DNA of 64,000 bases from Auanema rhodensis. Its lineage: Eukaryota > Animalia > Nematoda. Made by a program: the position numbers and the translations under genes. The notes beneath the pieces are model-generated. The model was given only the letters and a program-made list of their open reading frames with translations. It did no database searches and was not told where the DNA came from. Each line of letters opens with the position of its first letter. Position 1 is the stretch's first letter. The DNA lies in the NCBI GenBank assembly GCA_964057225.1, contig OZ059896.1, forward strand, positions 16,492,001 through 16,556,000. Direction: 5' to 3'. Shown here in pieces: positions 39,270-51,207 of the stretch.

Positions 39270-41001
39270 GGTTTAGTTAGTATAGTATGTGATTGAACTT
39301 GAATAGACTGGAAGACGGGTTTGTCTCCAAGAGAGGTGTCGAAACTGACGATTGTAATGCTGTGAATGAAGCTTATAAAGAGCTCGGAGCTTAGAATCTT
39401 ATCGGTGATTTTTTGATTGTAACTGATGAGCGTCATGCAGAAAGATGATTCATGCATTTTCTCCGCCCATATTGCTCTTGCTCTCGCAGAGTTTGCTCTC
39501 ATGCAATGACGTTCTAACACATCGTTATCATCCTTTTAGATTTCTTTCTTCCTTTCTTCTTCTTTTCATGTTTGATTCCTTATTGGGAATCCCGTCGCTA
39601 GTACGGTCCAACTACCATCTGATCTCTCGGTTGATCGTTCGTTTTCTCTCATTCTCTTCAGTCGAAGCTAGCAAAGGTAAACTATTCATTCATTCATCTT
39701 ATTGATCGGGGCAATGTAAAAAGAAATGATGATATAAGTATAGAGTGTGATTATCGGTTTAAAGCACTGTAAAGCTTTCTCTATGACACAACTGAAATAT
39801 GATAGAAAAATTCTAAGAAAATACAGAAATACTATAAGAGATAAAAAGATAATATTATAAGATAATGCTTTAACTTTTCATTATGTCCCACTCATATCAT
39901 ACAGACTAATTAGAATCATTTCCGATTTTTGAGCTTTGATAAAACAAATATTCTTCTCATACATTTTGCACCCAAAATGGCCCCCCCCTTCCTCCCCGAA
40001 TTATCATTTCAGCTTAAATTCTTTTACAGTATTCAATTAAATATCAAATTAATATATTATATAATCTACATAAGATTATTACAATAGAATGATTGAAATT
40101 ATAAATTGAAAAGATTATAATTCTTTCTTTCCACCCAAATATATTTCTGTCTCATTTTCAATTACTTTTGTCGGAATATACAATTTTTAAACATAATTTT
40201 ACATTTCATATGTATCACTTTGCTAATCAGCTGCATTAAATGAATGATTGTATCCTAGATTTCAACATATGAAACAACCAACTAGAAACATCTTCTTCTT
40301 TTTTTTCTCGAAACTTCTTTTATTTGAGAAATTTTGATGAAATATTCATCTCATAGTATTACTCATCACTATAATCATATCATTTTAAAATATTTTTTTT
40401 TCGTTCGTTTGACTTACGTCATGAGTGCATACAGTGTGACCTGCATGAGAATGTTGGAGAATTGTTTGAGCATGGTTTATACAATAATCTCAATCAAATG
40501 AAGAAAACTATAAACATAATATAAGTCATACTATACGTATAAGAATTTAAGGTATAAAGACATATTAGGGATCAATATAATTGATTTCATGTTGTTAATA
40601 CTCTATTTGATTATTTTTATATGAAAATGAAAACTTTATGAATATTATATCAACATAGAATATATTAATATTATCAATTTTAATATAATATAATATAAAT
40701 TGTATAATTTATAATTATTATGATTCATTATAACCATGCCATTATAGTAATATTTTTATTTCCATATCGGGAAAATGGCTCATATCATACAAGGAAGTCA
40801 TGAATTGTCAGTCTTCTATCGTTGAAAATCAGATATGATATACACCCACTCATAATATCATCAAAAGTACCAGGTGTTCGACTTTCAAATCTTATAAACA
40901 TACATGAAAAACTGTAATTTGCGATCCAACTCTTCATTACAAATAAAAACACAGATATTCTTAAATTACATATATCCTTATATACATTAAGAAACAAATA
41001 T

Positions 41002-41606
41002 TTAATTGGAATCTTTGTTGGTTGGCTTAAGACTTTCAGCCTGTTGTCTGTGCTGGTTAACGGCAGTTCCGTGGGAAGCTCCACGTACACGAGATGATCC
41101 AATCATGTTTTTTCCAGGCATATGTGGTGGAGCCTATATATTTTATTTTATTATAAATTTTAATGAATAGATTTAAAATTATATTATTTCAAGTTTTAAT
41201 GCTAATCATATTGAAGCTTGAAACATAAAATAGAATGATATCATATAGTTTTTATTGATTGTTATATCACAAAAATTATAAATTGTTTGAACGGAAATTC
41301 CATGACATCAGAAATAAAAACTTTGATTGCTATCACAGCATCTAACGATAAAATAATCTGTGATTTGAATTAAAATAGTATTATCTTCGAAAATTGATAA
41401 TATACACGATTATAATCAAACTGTTTTCATATAATTTTGAAAAAAAATAAAATGTATTAATAACTTACATTGGGAACTTCTTGAGCAGATTGATCCACAT
41501 TAGTAGGGACTTGTTGTCCTTGTTCAGATGACATAGCCTCTGAAGCGAAAATAGCTGTGGCGAAAAGAAGGGCGACAAGCAAGAGATGATGGGCAACACG
41601 AATCAT
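41002..41606 (-). CDS. Small secreted protein of unknown family (~89 aa), 2 exons: 41606-41469, 41133-41002
   Basis: MIRVAHHLLLVALLFATAIFASEA (signal-peptide-like) MSSEQGQQVPTNVDQSAQEVPN|gtaagt..atatag|APPHMPGKNMIGSSRVRGASHGTAVNQHRQQAESLKPTNKDSN*. Both exons are GC-rich islands in very AT-rich DNA. Confidence 0.75.
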
Positions 41607-41619
41607 GATTGCAATAAAG

Positions 41620-41650
41620 ACTGAATCGACAACTTCAAAACCTTTTTATA
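41620..41650 (-). promoter_or_regulatory. TATA box (TATAAAAA, 41650-41643) plus Inr-like TCAGT (41624-41620)
   Basis: About 28 nt from TATA to the Inr A, 16 nt upstream of the secreted-peptide ATG. The TTCAG could instead be a trans-splice acceptor. Confidence 0.55.
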
Positions 41651-43988
41651 AAGGACAACAGATGAAACAAACAACACATGAGATTATTTAAAAAAGAGAA
41701 AAAGTGAAGATATCGATTACAAAAGTTTAAATTTCGGAGGTAAACACAATGTGATTGAACTATAAGCTATGTAGACGTTGATGACTCATGATCCTATCAA
41801 TAGAATTGTCGTGTGAAGAAAAATATTAAACTTTTAGCCTTTTTTATAAAATAAAATTATATTATTTCTATTATTTTTATATTATAATTAAAGATATTTA
41901 TATAATAATTATTAAAATAATAAATACAATATCTTATCTGGTAAGTCATATATTGAATATTTTAACAAATAATTTATTTAATTCTTAAAAATAAAACTGA
42001 AGATGACATGCGGTTGTTGATTTAAAAAAGTTATAAAAATGAGAGAAATTTTGTTCTCTTATCAATTCTCTATCATTAAAAATTTATAAAGCTAATTCTT
42101 TGTCTGATTATAAGAAATTAAAAAATATATTGATTTTTTAAGAAATTTAATTGATTACAAATTAAAATTTATAACATTGCTATGAAGTATTATGATATGT
42201 TTCAGTTTTATACATATATATATCACAGAAGCTTGTCCCTTCAATCTTGTTTAGTTTACTAATATTATAAAAAAAAAGATTATTGATTCCCCTCTCCCCT
42301 CCAACTTATCCAATAATGAAAAAATAAAATATATTGAAATGTGCAACATTTATCTTCTTCTTTTTCAACCAAAAAAATTTAAGTCAATGCCTTCATATTC
42401 AGTTTCAATTCTTTCAAATACTTTTTGGAAGTCTCTCTAATTTATTTTGTATATACCACACATAATAAAAATATATAATTATAAATAATATATAGTTATT
42501 AGATTTAAAAAAAATTTATTATGAAATGTTCATGAATTCAGAACGCTTCTTAACATCAGTTTGAAGTCCTCTCTCAAACTCATTATAGAGTAAATACATA
42601 CAATTCTAATTTCTCTTTTCAACTATTTCTCTTATTTTATTTAAAAATATGAAAAATTTGATAATTCTCAATAAAATTTATTCAGTAATGTATGTATAAT
42701 GAAATAAGTTTTTAATAAACCATACAGTAAAAATAATATAATATATTGCATTATTAAGCTGCATTACAACGATTATTATGTGGAATTGATGATGTACTAC
42801 TACTACCTAGAAATACTTAACATTTTACTTTTAATCCATACATTACCCTATCATATTAAGATTTATATATATATATTATGCATATATACATACATAATAT
42901 GTACATAAACTGATAATTAAGAACTATTATTCACTATTAGAATTTTTAAAAAAATAGACAAAAATATTTCATTATATGTATATTATAATTTATACAATAA
43001 AGGGTTAAATTTTTAAAATATCCAATAAGTTCAATTTTCAAAAAAAAAAAGAAAAAACTATTTTAAAACTTTCAATTATTTTTCTTTTTATACTTATTAT
43101 TATATCATTTATAATAATTAATATAGAAATAAAAGAAAATATTAATTATTCAATCGCAATCTACATAATTTTTCTTTTTATCTCAAAATATATTTCCCTC
43201 TTTTTTGAATTTGCTAATTATGCTAATCTTATGGATTTTGCGTGCACTTCACGTGGAAACTTGAGAAAATTCATTTTATGCTCATCTTGTGGCACATGCG
43301 GTTGCCTTTTAAATTCTTTCTCATCATTTTCAGAAATCTTTTCGATCGGCACTGAAGTTATTGAGACGGCTTAAAATCCCTTTCTAATGAGAAAGAGAAA
43401 AAGAAAAAACGTGATGAGAAACTCAAAAACAATGTGGTTGAAGTTTTCCAATATACTATTTGTTATTTTATAAGGCATATTAAGTTAAAGATTATCCTCA
43501 GTTGTAAAAGTGTGAAAGATGAAACCCATGAACTTCGTATGGTTACTGAACTCTTGATCTGCTTTTAATTTTGAGAACTCAAATAAAATGTTTATGATTG
43601 CCGAGGTAATTGCGATGGTTTTCCGAAACGTCAGACAGAAAGCTTCTTAATTCAGCAGCAAAAATTTATTTTAAGTTGAAAAACAGTATGAATTAATCAA
43701 ATAAATTTAAAAGATAGCAACATAAAAAGAGCCAATAGCATGAATTTCATTGAAGTTTCAATTTCCTGCGAGAGTTTGTGTTAGAGGACACGAGGTGTAA
43801 GAGAGAGAAAGAGAGAGAAGTTTTGGTATGAGTCTTAAAAAAAGAGAGAGAAAGAGATGAAGGGAGAGAGAGAGAGTGAGTGAGAGAGAGAGAAAGGAGG
43901 GGAAAACATCAAATGAAACCTTATGAAAAGTATTACAGAGAGAAATATATATAAAAGGGTGGGCTTTCTAGTCTGCACTTCAGACAAC

Positions 43989-45095
43989 CTAAGTGCTGTC
44001 GTAATTTTCCTGAAATTCAAATGAAAATGTGAAAATTAATCAAAATCATACAGGAAATGATGATGAGGATTGTTGTCCTATTGAGAGAACAGAGGTTTTT
44101 CTGTTATTTGTATGGTCAATAGACATCTTTGATAATCGATGAGTAATATTTTCATAATAACCTTTCTGAAAAAGAATCAACTTTAAAGCATTCTTTCCAA
44201 CTTAGTTAGTTTCAGCTGAGTCGGTTGTAAAATTTTGAAACAATTATGGCTGAAGTAAACAAAGTTACAAATAGATTTTGTCGTTTGAAATGTCTTTCTT
44301 CTTTCTAAATAAGCTTTTTGGAACATTTTTTTGAGATTTTTTTTGAAGACAAACACCAAGGATAATCGTATTGATTTGTGCTGATATTTCTGCAAAAATG
44401 AACAAAGAAAGCAAATCTTTCTGACCTTTATAGCCTTCATGACCCCTCGCAATAAATTTCTCCATTGAATGATAGCTTCATCTACATCAGTATCAGGGAA
44501 TTTTCTTGAACCTGCTAAGACTTTTCTGACTTGATAGATAGTACATTCCAAGAATGTAGACCAGTAATAACTTCTATAATAGAAGATAAGATGTAACAAA
44601 ATGAAAATAGCATTTCCAGAATTTCACCTGAATTTTCCAGATAATTCCAATTTGCCATGACGTTTTCCCAGATTATCCAAAATTGGCTCAAGGCTTTCAA
44701 TGTGATCTATTGCAGCCACAGCTGATTCAATAACCTGCAAATAATGAGCAAAATATTGTGAAATCAATGTTGTCATCATTGAAACCTGCACAAATCGCAA
44801 GGCTTGAAAGCTGAATTCATTCTGTTTCTTATCCGTTCTTCCGTCATCACGAAATTTCATTTTAGGAAATAGTCTACGAATTTCAGGACACTGAAAATCA
44901 AGAGATGTTTTGGTTATTATTGAATATTCTATTCAGTCTTCTTGATTATGAAGTATTTGTTACCTGATTGAAAATCATTCCGTATATATCACATCCAAGG
45001 CTCTGCTTATTTGGTTGAAGAATAGCCCAAGATTTCAAAAGTTTTTCCTTTTCTTCTGCGGTGAAAGGATACCAATCCGTTTTATCGATCTGCAT
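43989..45095 (-). CDS. Nematode globin (glb family); exons 45095-44964, 44890-44786, 44734-44628, 44573-44426, 44165-44052, 44009-43989
   Basis: LLKSW (Trp A12), GCDIYGMIFNQ|CPEIRRLF (TyrB10, PheB14, ProC2, PheCD1), FQALRF (GlnE7), LDNLGKRHG (proximal HisF8), YYWSTFLEC, AIIQWRNLLR. The last intron is optional (FPV* if retained). A probable non-coding upstream exon has a donor at 45558. Confidence 0.93.
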
Positions 45096-45193
45096 CTGAA
45101 TTCAAATAGAATAAAGTTAAGATAAATAGTTAAATTATAAAATAACAAATGAATAAAACGTTTCTTATACATATGAGAGGTAAGAAGAAAGAG

Positions 45194-45197
<4 letters not shown>

Positions 45198-45242
<45 letters not shown>
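45198..45242 (+). repeat. (GA)n microsatellite upstream of the globin ATG
   Basis: About 22 GA units. Confidence 0.95.
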
Positions 45243-45246
<4 letters not shown>

Positions 45247-48200
45247 AGAGAAATGAGATTAATACGACGAAAGCTTAGAGAAATACAAAAAAAAATTAAT
45301 AGATTGCATTAGAAAATTAGATATTTAGATTTGATACGAAAAACAATAAGGTTTTATTGCTTAAAACTATTTTGGAAAACAATTCATCAATAAATTCAAT
45401 CAGAATATGTTAAAAGCTGTCTGTCTCTTCATATAAAGTATATTGAGTTCATCTGTCTACATTAATGTTTACAAGTTTGTAGTTTTAAGAAGTATATTTA
45501 GATATCATCAAAAAATTAACATTTTGATCAAAAAATATAATTTTTCTTTGAAACATACCCATTAGAAGTAGTTTTTGAATGAGAAAATAAGAAAATGACA
45601 GCTAAATTAGATGTAGAAATGTTCAAATACATCGTCAAACGAGCATTTAACCAGCAAATTATGCTGAGCGTTAAGACTGAAAGACGAAATTTGAGATGAG
45701 TTCGAGGTCTGGAAGACTAACATTCGATGAAAAAGGGCATTTTGGGCTAAAGGTTCATGCAAAGATTTGAATGGCACGACAAAACTACGACAAAGAAGAC
45801 GAGTCGATTCTCCCCATGAAGTTGCTCTGGTGCTTTTAAGATTGGGAGGTGTTCGAGCAGTTAGTAGTCAACCACCATCACCACCATGATGATGGCGATC
45901 ATGCAAGTTGTCTGCTTTCGCTTATGTTCATTCTCTCCCATTTGCATTCCGAGTCCTTGTTCTTTCTCTCTCTCTCTAACTCTCTGCTTTTCAATTTATC
46001 ATTTTCACCCTTTCTGGCTTCTCCATTGCACCTCGAATCGAGCTTGATAGGAGTTTCACAACTTGTTTAATTACATTTGAAAAGATCAGAGAGGCTCTGG
46101 GAAATGAGAGAAAACTGAAAACGGAAATGAGCCGAAGAGGTCAGACACATAGCCATCAGACTGGTTGGAAGAAAAACGAAAGAAGAATAAGTCGACAGAG
46201 GACGACATCTATCGTTGTCGCATAGCCGGCAGTAGCGATGTAAGCATCATATTGCGCTTGCTTCTGATGAAGATCAAGAAGACGTCAATGAGTGAAACAT
46301 GATCAACGACGAATGAGGCAGAAGTTCGTAATGATAGATAACTTGCGAACAAGAGAGTAGAATCAAACACATTCGATAGATTATATAACATATAAGAGAT
46401 TTTGAGAAAGAGAATGTATAAAGAGAGTAACATTCGTCTAATATGAAAATGAGGAAGGGATGTATGCTGTAGACGAAAGAAGAACGAATAAGTTGAAGCG
46501 AATGCTCCAGATAAGGAAAGCCATGTGTGCGTGGATGATGATGACTAAGTGATGAAGTAACAATTCTGACGAAAACTGGAGAGAATCGGAAGAAGATAAT
46601 ATAAGAAAGATAGAAATAAATTAAAAAACTTATGAAGAAATAGAATAAAATATGAAGTAATGAGCAAATTTGAAACGAATAAAGTGATATTTGAAATAGG
46701 AAAAAGTTCAAAATATCATGCTGGATGTGTAAGATTACTGAAGTGGAAGACAAAAGGAAAATCAAAATCAAATCATTCTGATTTTTCGCTGTTAATGCTG
46801 ATGCTGATGATGAGGATGATGAAGTTTGGACGAATAAACTTTGCCTAGATTCTTTTTCAAGTAAATATGAAGAAATATATGCAGAATATGCTTTTTCACG
46901 ACTTTTGTTCTTGATGTCCATGTGAGAAAATGAACAAATAATCTCAAAAAAGTATTTTGAATAAGCTTGAAGCTGACATGAAAGCTTGTGCAAAAATCTT
47001 TGAGCAAGTAATTTAATCGTGAGAAAAAGGAGAAAAAATGAGTATTCTTAATGTAACATTTGCATAAAACAAAAAGAAAAAAAACGAAAGATTTAAGTCA
47101 GAAGCTTAAGCAACGAAAACATATACGACAAGAAGTTTAAGGTTGAGAAATGAAATGTGAAGAATGGATGAGAGTGACGAACGATTTAGAGTCGAAAGCT
47201 TTGAAAAAAAGCTTCAGGATCATGCATATGTGCAGCAAAACGCTAACTCACATTGATCAAAATAGTCTGAATGTACGTTTTCGAAGAGAAAATATTAGAA
47301 GTTCACATTCGATAAGAAGAGTTTTAAATTGAAATTAATGGCTTATGGATGAAGAGGTAGAGCTTACAATGAGATTTGTTATCATGCTTATACGTACATC
47401 TGTTGTACATATGTATACTGAAGTCATATAAAGTTTAAAGTTTTTAATATTTACGTCAACGCATTACTTGATCTGAATTTAAGGAATCGTTAAAGAAATA
47501 TCTTGATGAAGGGCTTCGGCAACTGCTGCCAAAAATACCACACAGCCTCATTTGGAACAGCTTTTCATCTAAACTTTTTATTTGCAACTTACAACTTGTT
47601 GGTTTTTTAAGTTCAAAAGGTTACTTTTATTATTTATTTAACGTTATATTTTGTTTCTAAAATAACAAAAGAAAAGAAATTGGCTAAAGGTTAGTGGTTG
47701 GTTAGATGCATATGCATGTATGTGAATGTGTATGTTTGAAGTTTGTTTGAATGAACCAAAATTCGGTTATTTGAACCGATTGTCAACTTACCTTTTGAAA
47801 GAATTTGAAGTGTCATCTTGAAAGGTTTTAGAAAGGTTTATTATATTACCAACAAACTAATGCTGGAAAAAAGTAGTAGGAAAAGATAGATGACTTTGAG
47901 TGAGGTAAATATGTTTAAAACAAGCTGTAAGTATAAATGTATATATCTGTATTTAATATAATTTGGATATAAAAAAAAAGAAATAATTAAACTAAAACTG
48001 AACAAAAATTTCGAATTATTATGTTATTTTGCAAAAAAGACTCGAAGACGAACAAGATCTTGAATACAATCGTTCATCCGCGTCAACTGGTATGAGACTT
48101 TTGATGTGATGTTTACTTGAAATAATTAATTATATTGATATTAATTAAATATAATTGTAAAATGTATTATATAAATTAATAAATAAAAAAATAAAATTCA

Positions 48201-49862
48201 AATGAAGAAGTAAAACATCAAAGCTTGTAGTCGTTTGTTGTTCAAGAAATGTACGATTGAATGAACAAATGTCAAAATCAAAATCAAAAGGGATTGACTA
48301 GATAAAGCCAATCAGATGCTCGTACTAGCATTATTTTTCCTTATTTCTCGCTAATTCCTTTCTTAGTTTTTCTTCTTTAATTTGAACATTGAATAAGTAA
48401 GCTTTGAACAATCACTGACACATTAATTCAACTATTAACATTTTTGAATTTGACGAAAGAAAAGAGACTAAAGTTGAACTTGAATTCCAAAAACTGAATA
48501 TATTGTGTAAATGAAAGTTGTTAGAAGAAAAACTGATGTAATAGCTTTTATTACGAGTAAAAGATTTTGTTGTTTTTTTTCGCCTCTCAGAATAATTGGT
48601 CTGTTTAGTTTGAATGAACTGAATTAGGATTGATTAAGAAAAACGAAAGGAAAATGTTTGAAGCAGAACATATGTACGGATATAGAAAGAATTTTTTTAA
48701 ATTTTCATTTATATAAAACAAATAAAATTTTAATATTATGTAGTAAGCATTGTAAATATTGTTTTCGATAAAAAAAAATGATTTTGTTGATGAGTTTTAA
48801 TGAAGGCTTGTAGAGTTATCTAACGAGACTCTAACATGTCTCACACGTGCGGGACTCTTGATAAATTCCAATGCTTTTCATTTAAACTGAATCATCTTTC
48901 TTTTTTTCAGTTTTTCTTCTTTTCTTGTTTTCTTCATTAGTACCTCTCTTTCTTTTTATTTTTCTTCTAATCTGCGCCCTCCCTCTCTCTCTATCTCTTC
49001 TCACTCTTAGCCATTTGGAGCAATTACGGAAGACTTTCAACCTCGTCGATCTTTTGATATCGTTTCACAACGAATAGCCTAAGGGCTATTTCTGTTACTG
49101 CTACTGCTTCCGAAACTCTGCCAATGTTTGTTCATTCGATAATTAAATTTGTTATAAAATTCATATTAATTTTCCAAATAATAAGTACAATTTTTAATCA
49201 AGTATAAGACTTTTTTTGATTAAATTCTTTTCTTTAATCAATCCATTTCATTTGTCTTTTCTCTCTTTTTTCTTCATTTTTTCTACTTTGTCTATGTAAG
49301 TTAGATGTAATTCATCACCAACAATCTGACACCTGTTGCTCTTTTCAGTCGTTTTTTCTCAATTTTTAACATTAAATGTTCAATTTTCAGTTCCTCAATC
49401 AAAAGGCTATTGATGATTCAACATTGGAATAAAATGTACTGTGCTACCAACTTCATTAGTATTGACGATTTCGACGGCAAAGAACTGTGACTCTCAAAGT
49501 TATAAACTTAAACGGAAATGTGATTTCGTTTGACTGATAATAGTATAAAATATTAAAAATACATATCTATATCTTATCTATAGAATAAATATTTATTATT
49601 TGAATCATACTCGATAAGCTAATTATATGTTGTCCTCAGGTAAGTACAACAGAAATGAACGTGATAATTCATTCTGTATTTAACGGAGAATGTTTACTGA
49701 TAGGAAACATTAGTCCGAAGGACTTAAATTACCCACAATATCTCCATGTTGTTAGATTTATTTAGATTTACCTTTACATAAGCTTTTCTAAACAAATTAT
49801 ATTTATATATTCTTTCAATTAACCTAATTATTCAGTTGCCATTTATTATTTTTATATCAGTA

Positions 49863-50397
49863 ATGGATATTGTATTACGATATTTTTTATTAATCACCGC
49901 AATCGCCCCTCTGGGCATATGCTTCGAGGGGTTTGGGTTAATGTGTCTTTCTGGAACTCTACCAGTCAAAACTAGTAAGTGTTTGATATATAAATGTTCG
50001 CCATACATATAAAATAAATGTGAAGTGCAGTGTGAATCAACTCTCATGGAAAAGCTTATTGGCACCATTATGAAGCCATCTTGTGCAACATTTTACTCAA
50101 ATGAAGATAACCCAGTCGTACATCATTTAACAAAAGAACGTCATTATACTAATATAACAACAAGAGGATGTGATTTTATAAAATGTTTGGTAAGTATTTT
50201 CATATAATTTGTTTAATTTATAATTTTTAAAATGAATTTAGTTTATTAAAAATGGTTGTGCTGTTCAATATGATGGAAAAACATGTTGCTGTAGTACTCA
50301 TTATTGTAATTCACATCAAAGTTTACTATCATACACACCGTTCTTTATAGTATTTCTAAATTTTTTTATTTTCATGATATTATCAATAGAAATATAA
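49863..50397 (+). CDS. Small Cys-rich, probably GPI-anchored three-finger (Ly-6/uPAR-like) protein; exons 49863-49974, ~50026-50189, 50242-50397
   Basis: CAG acceptor 2 nt before the ATG; signal peptide MDIVLRYFLLITAIAPLGICFEGFG then LMC; TTRGCDFIKCL|FIKNGC...KTCCCSTHYCNS followed by a hydrophobic C-terminal tail. The intron 1 boundaries are ambiguous. Confidence 0.8.
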
Positions 50398-51207
50398 TTA
50401 CATATGTATCTATTGAGTGAATCATCATAGAAAGTTTGATTCAACTTGTTTTTTCATCTTTTCATAATCAATATTTGTGCATACATAAAATGATCAAATA
50501 TCAGTTCTAATCTTCATTTAAATTTTTATATTTTTCAAGTTTTAAGTTTCTTTTTTTATCTGAAGATGTTTGAGTTTCATCGTATATGACTTAGTTACTA
50601 TATGCTATTTTATATTTTTTAGTTGATTACTAGCATAGTATAGTTAGTATAGATGTATTACATTCAATTTTATTTTTTTTTTAAATAATAAACAAATTAT
50701 TTTCAAATGATGATCTGATTAATATTACAAAAAAAAATATAAAAAATCATTATGATAATTTAAAATTAGAAAGTAATAGGTAACAAAACAATCGATATAT
50801 TGGTCACAAATTAAAAAAGAAATGGAGCAAAATGTTCAATAAAAAAAGTAAAAAGACGCCTATATTTGGAGATTTTAAAGTAGAAAATTGACTAAAATAT
50901 TCAAAAATAATAATAAATCACAGGCATAAATACGTCATGAAAACATAATATATTCTTTATACAATTGATGTGTAACTTCTCTTGGGTCGTTCTTTAGAAC
51001 CGTTTAGAATTTTCTGTTTTTTTGTAAATTTAGCGGAAAAAAAGGAAAAAATTGACTGAAAGCTATTAGTGATCGACATATTGGCATATAAGGCAATTAA
51101 ATCAACATCGGGGTTTTGTCTTTTGTTTTCTCTTCGTAAAGATATTGGAATACTTTGATGAGGTTTGTAGTTTTGGTCTACTTCAACAGAAGAAGCATTA
51201 CTGTCGT

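Noticed and set aside
46274-46993. 239-aa ORF, the longest in the track
   Set aside because: Non-ATG start and Ser/Phe/Leu/Ile-rich composition typical of a pyrimidine-rich non-coding strand; no motifs.
49073-49090. Palindrome AATAGCC-taag-GGCTATT containing GCCTAA (possible telomere-addition or DNA-elimination site)
   Set aside because: Single telomeric hexamer with no repeat array and no second copy of the motif.
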